Position numbers and translations under genes: made by a program. The notes below the pieces were generated by a model. It ran no database searches. It saw only the letters and a program-made list of their open reading frames with translations, and had not been told where the DNA came from. This document shows positions 7,175 to 9,599 of a stretch of DNA of 9,599 nt, piece after piece. Source of the DNA: Paecilomyces variotii (lineage: Eukaryota); assembly GCA_004022145.1 (NCBI GenBank), contig RCNU01000059.1; one strand, 5' to 3'. Each line of letters begins with the position of its first letter. Within the stretch, counting starts at the first letter, position 1.

Positions 7175-9599
7175 TATAGTAAGAAGAATTAATATAAAGA
7201 ATATAATTAGTTAAGAGATTATATGCTTTTACTTAAAATCTTTAAAAGTCTATAAATAAAGTAAAAAAGAAAGAATAAGAAAATAGACCTTTTAGTTATT
7301 TAAAATAAAATAATTAGCTTTATCTTTTTATTATTATTTAATATTAATTTAGTATTAGATTATTATTAGTTTATTATATTAGTTTATAGCTAAAGCTTTT
7401 TCTCTAGCTTTATTCTAAGCTTTAAAGTTAAATATCTTTTTTTTCTTTCTTAATACTTATTTGCTTAAAAACTCTATACTAAGTCTTAATATATTTTCTT
7501 ATAATAAATTAGAGCTAAATATAAGGAATATTAAAATATTAAGTAAAAATAAGAGAAAAAAGAGAATTAGAAGCTAAGGTTAAGGCTAAAGCTAAAGAAA
7601 AAGATAAGAAATAATAAAAAAATAAATAAAATAGCTAAAAAAGATTACTACTATAAATAAAAAGAGATAAATATACCTCTTAAATTAGTAGAGATAGTAA
7701 ATATAATATAAGATAAAAATATATATTAGTAATAAGAGAAGAAAAAATTATTAAATATAAAAAAGAGTTTAATAAGTATAAAAAAGAAGTAAAAATTTAA
7801 AAGAATAAAAAATTATTAAATAAGAATTATTTATTAAAAAATAGAAGAACTTTTTATTATTATTTTTATTACTATTTCTTTAAAAAAATATAAAAAAAAG
7901 TATTAATCTTTTTAGTATTAGTTAAAATAAAAAGACTTTTAGCTTCTTAATATTACTAGGTCTAGAGATATAAATAGCTTAAGTATTTAAAAATATAAGA
8001 CTACTAATAGTATAATTAATTTAGGTTATATTAGCTTTATAAATATTAATACTTAAAAATCTTAAGATATTATATTTTAAAAGAGATAATATTACTTATT
8101 ACTTAAGGTTTTTTAAGAGATTATATAAGGTAAATTAACTTCTAAAAAAGGAAAAAACTAAATAGTTTATAAACTATTATAGCCTATTAATATTATTATA
8201 AATAAATACTTAATTTAAATATAAAGAGAAGAATTACTTAAAACTAGTAAAAGTAATTAAATAAGAATATAGTATATACTTACTATAATAAGCACTAAAA
8301 GAAATATAATATCTAATAGCTAAAAAGGTTTAAAAATATAAAATATAATAGCTTTAAAGACTTAAAAAAGTATAATTAAAAATATTAAGCTATATTAAAA
8401 GTACTAGTAACTTTAAGTAAGTTAAGCTAATATTTATAAAGAGTTTAATATCTTTAAAGACTTTTAAAGAAGCTTAAGCAGTAAGTAATTTAAGAGTTAA
8501 ATATAGACTACTATACTTTATCTATTATTAAATATATTAATTTCTATAAGGAAATAATAAATAAGATAAGAACTATTAAAACCTTTTACTATCTTAATAA
8601 TAATAAATTAAAGAAAGATTAAGATATAGTAGCTTTAATAAAAGAGAAGATAATTAAAGAAAATAATATATAACTTTTTATTAAATTTAATAAAACTTAT
8701 TTAAATAAGAATAAAAGTAGAATTAAATAATAGAGTATTAAAGTAAAATTAATAAAGTAGTTATAAATTAATAAATTAATAAAAGAGTTTAAAAAATTAA
8801 AATTATATAATATATAATATATAAGAAAGCTTAATAGTAATATACCTAATATTAGCATAAATATATAAGTTGAAATACCTTTAAGATTTAAATTAATTAG
8901 AGAATTTAAAATATCTCTAAACTTATATAACTTTTACTAAGCTCTTAATTATATTTAATTTTATTATTTAAATTTAAAAAGCCTCTTAAATTAAAAGCTT
9001 ATTTATTAAAAAAAAGACTATAAATTTTATTTTAAGCTAAAAGAATAAAATAAAGAAGTTATTTATCTTATATAAGAGAATATATTATAAAAAGAGATTA
9101 TTAAATAGAGATTAAAAGAAGAATAAAAGAATATTAACTTAATTAAATATAATATCTAGTTAATTATGCTAAAATAGCCTAGGGATAACTTAAGCTCTAA
9201 GGAAGAAGCTGGGGACATTATAAAAAATTATTATTTTATTAATATAATAGAATTTAATAAGCTTTAAGAAGTAAAAAAAAGGTAAAATAAGATTAAATAA
9301 TTATATAAAGAAAAACTATAGAAAGTAATTAAATAAGAGCAGAAATTTCCCTTAATTAAAATAAATTAATTTAATAATTATTAGCCTCTAAGTATAACTA
9401 AGAGAGTAAAAATAATTAAAGAGAAAATAAAAAATATATCTAAGTAAAGTAAAAATAAAAAGGTTATTAAGATAAAAGAGAAATAAAAGTTAAAGAGATT
9501 TAAAATTATAGATAAGCTAAGAGAACTATTAATATAATAAGAGTTATAAACTAGATATTAAATACTAGAGTTAAATATTAATTTAAGATCTTATTAGTT
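7175..9599. mobile_element. Unidentified RIP-degraded repeat(s), possibly a second LTR retrotransposon inserted in gag
   Basis: Gag similarity stops abruptly near 7174 while the RIP composition continues. The segment starts TATAGT (possibly TGTAGT). A codon-like purine-rich + strand stretch occupies ~8160-9599. Confidence 0.45.
8941..9599 (+). pseudogene. Degraded coding relic, tentatively gag-like; runs off the window
   Basis: Frame +1 reads *KKDYKFYF..*RLKEE*KNIN..I*LIMLK*PRDNLSSKEEAGDI, compatible with a W..CE..F / W / W..M..W..D.LG gag-capsid-like pattern after de-RIP. No diagnostic motif is present. Confidence 0.3.

Larger units (their letters stand above)
1..9599. other. RIP-mutated AT-rich transposon graveyard (fungal heterochromatin-like region)
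   Basis: Very high AT content, ubiquitous TpA, and scarce CpA/TpG/CpG. Long reading frames are preserved but full of TAA/TAG at positions where Gln, Arg or Trp are expected. Differences from family motifs are almost all C>T or G>A. Confidence 0.95.

Noticed and set aside
7951-8075. Short LTR (TATTAC...TATTATA, with TATAAATAG near 7969)
   Set aside because: No second copy, TSD or primer-binding site is verifiable in the window, and TATA-like words are ubiquitous after RIP.
8161-8178. 18-bp perfect palindrome AATAGTTTATAAACTATT
   Set aside because: Single occurrence and nearly all A/T; RIP readily produces such symmetry. The resemblance to the hAT subterminal motif is probably coincidental.
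1-9599. Organelle, AT-rich endosymbiont or alternative-genetic-code (TAA/TAG read-through) genes
   Set aside because: Stops replace Gln, Arg and Trp alike, and catalytic residues are also changed by transitions (YLDD>YFNN, DTG>NIK). This fits RIP rather than recoding.

Overview
Extremely AT-rich window with a strong TpA excess and CpA/TpG/CpG depletion, the signature of fungal (ascomycete) Repeat-Induced Point mutation (RIP). I found no intact gene. Reading codons while allowing for C>T/G>A changes resolves a nest of dead transposons. (1) ~1-3703: a hAT DNA transposon with a + strand, 3-intron transposase pseudogene (BED finger, DDE core, C-terminal dimerisation domain), a subterminal repeat array and the right end; the left end is not found in the window. 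(2) 3704-~7174: a - strand Ty3/gypsy LTR retrotransposon (partial gag with CCHC, -1 frameshift signal, PR-RT-RNase H, start of integrase), cut by the hAT inside the integrase zinc finger. (3) ~7175-9599: further unidentified RIP relic(s), possibly another LTR element. The most unusual signal is a 16-bp palindrome (TCTAACTTAAGTTAGA) present five times. It is confined to the hAT and to its non-coding parts, including two of the three introns. De-RIP protein readings quoted below are my manual reconstructions, not database results.
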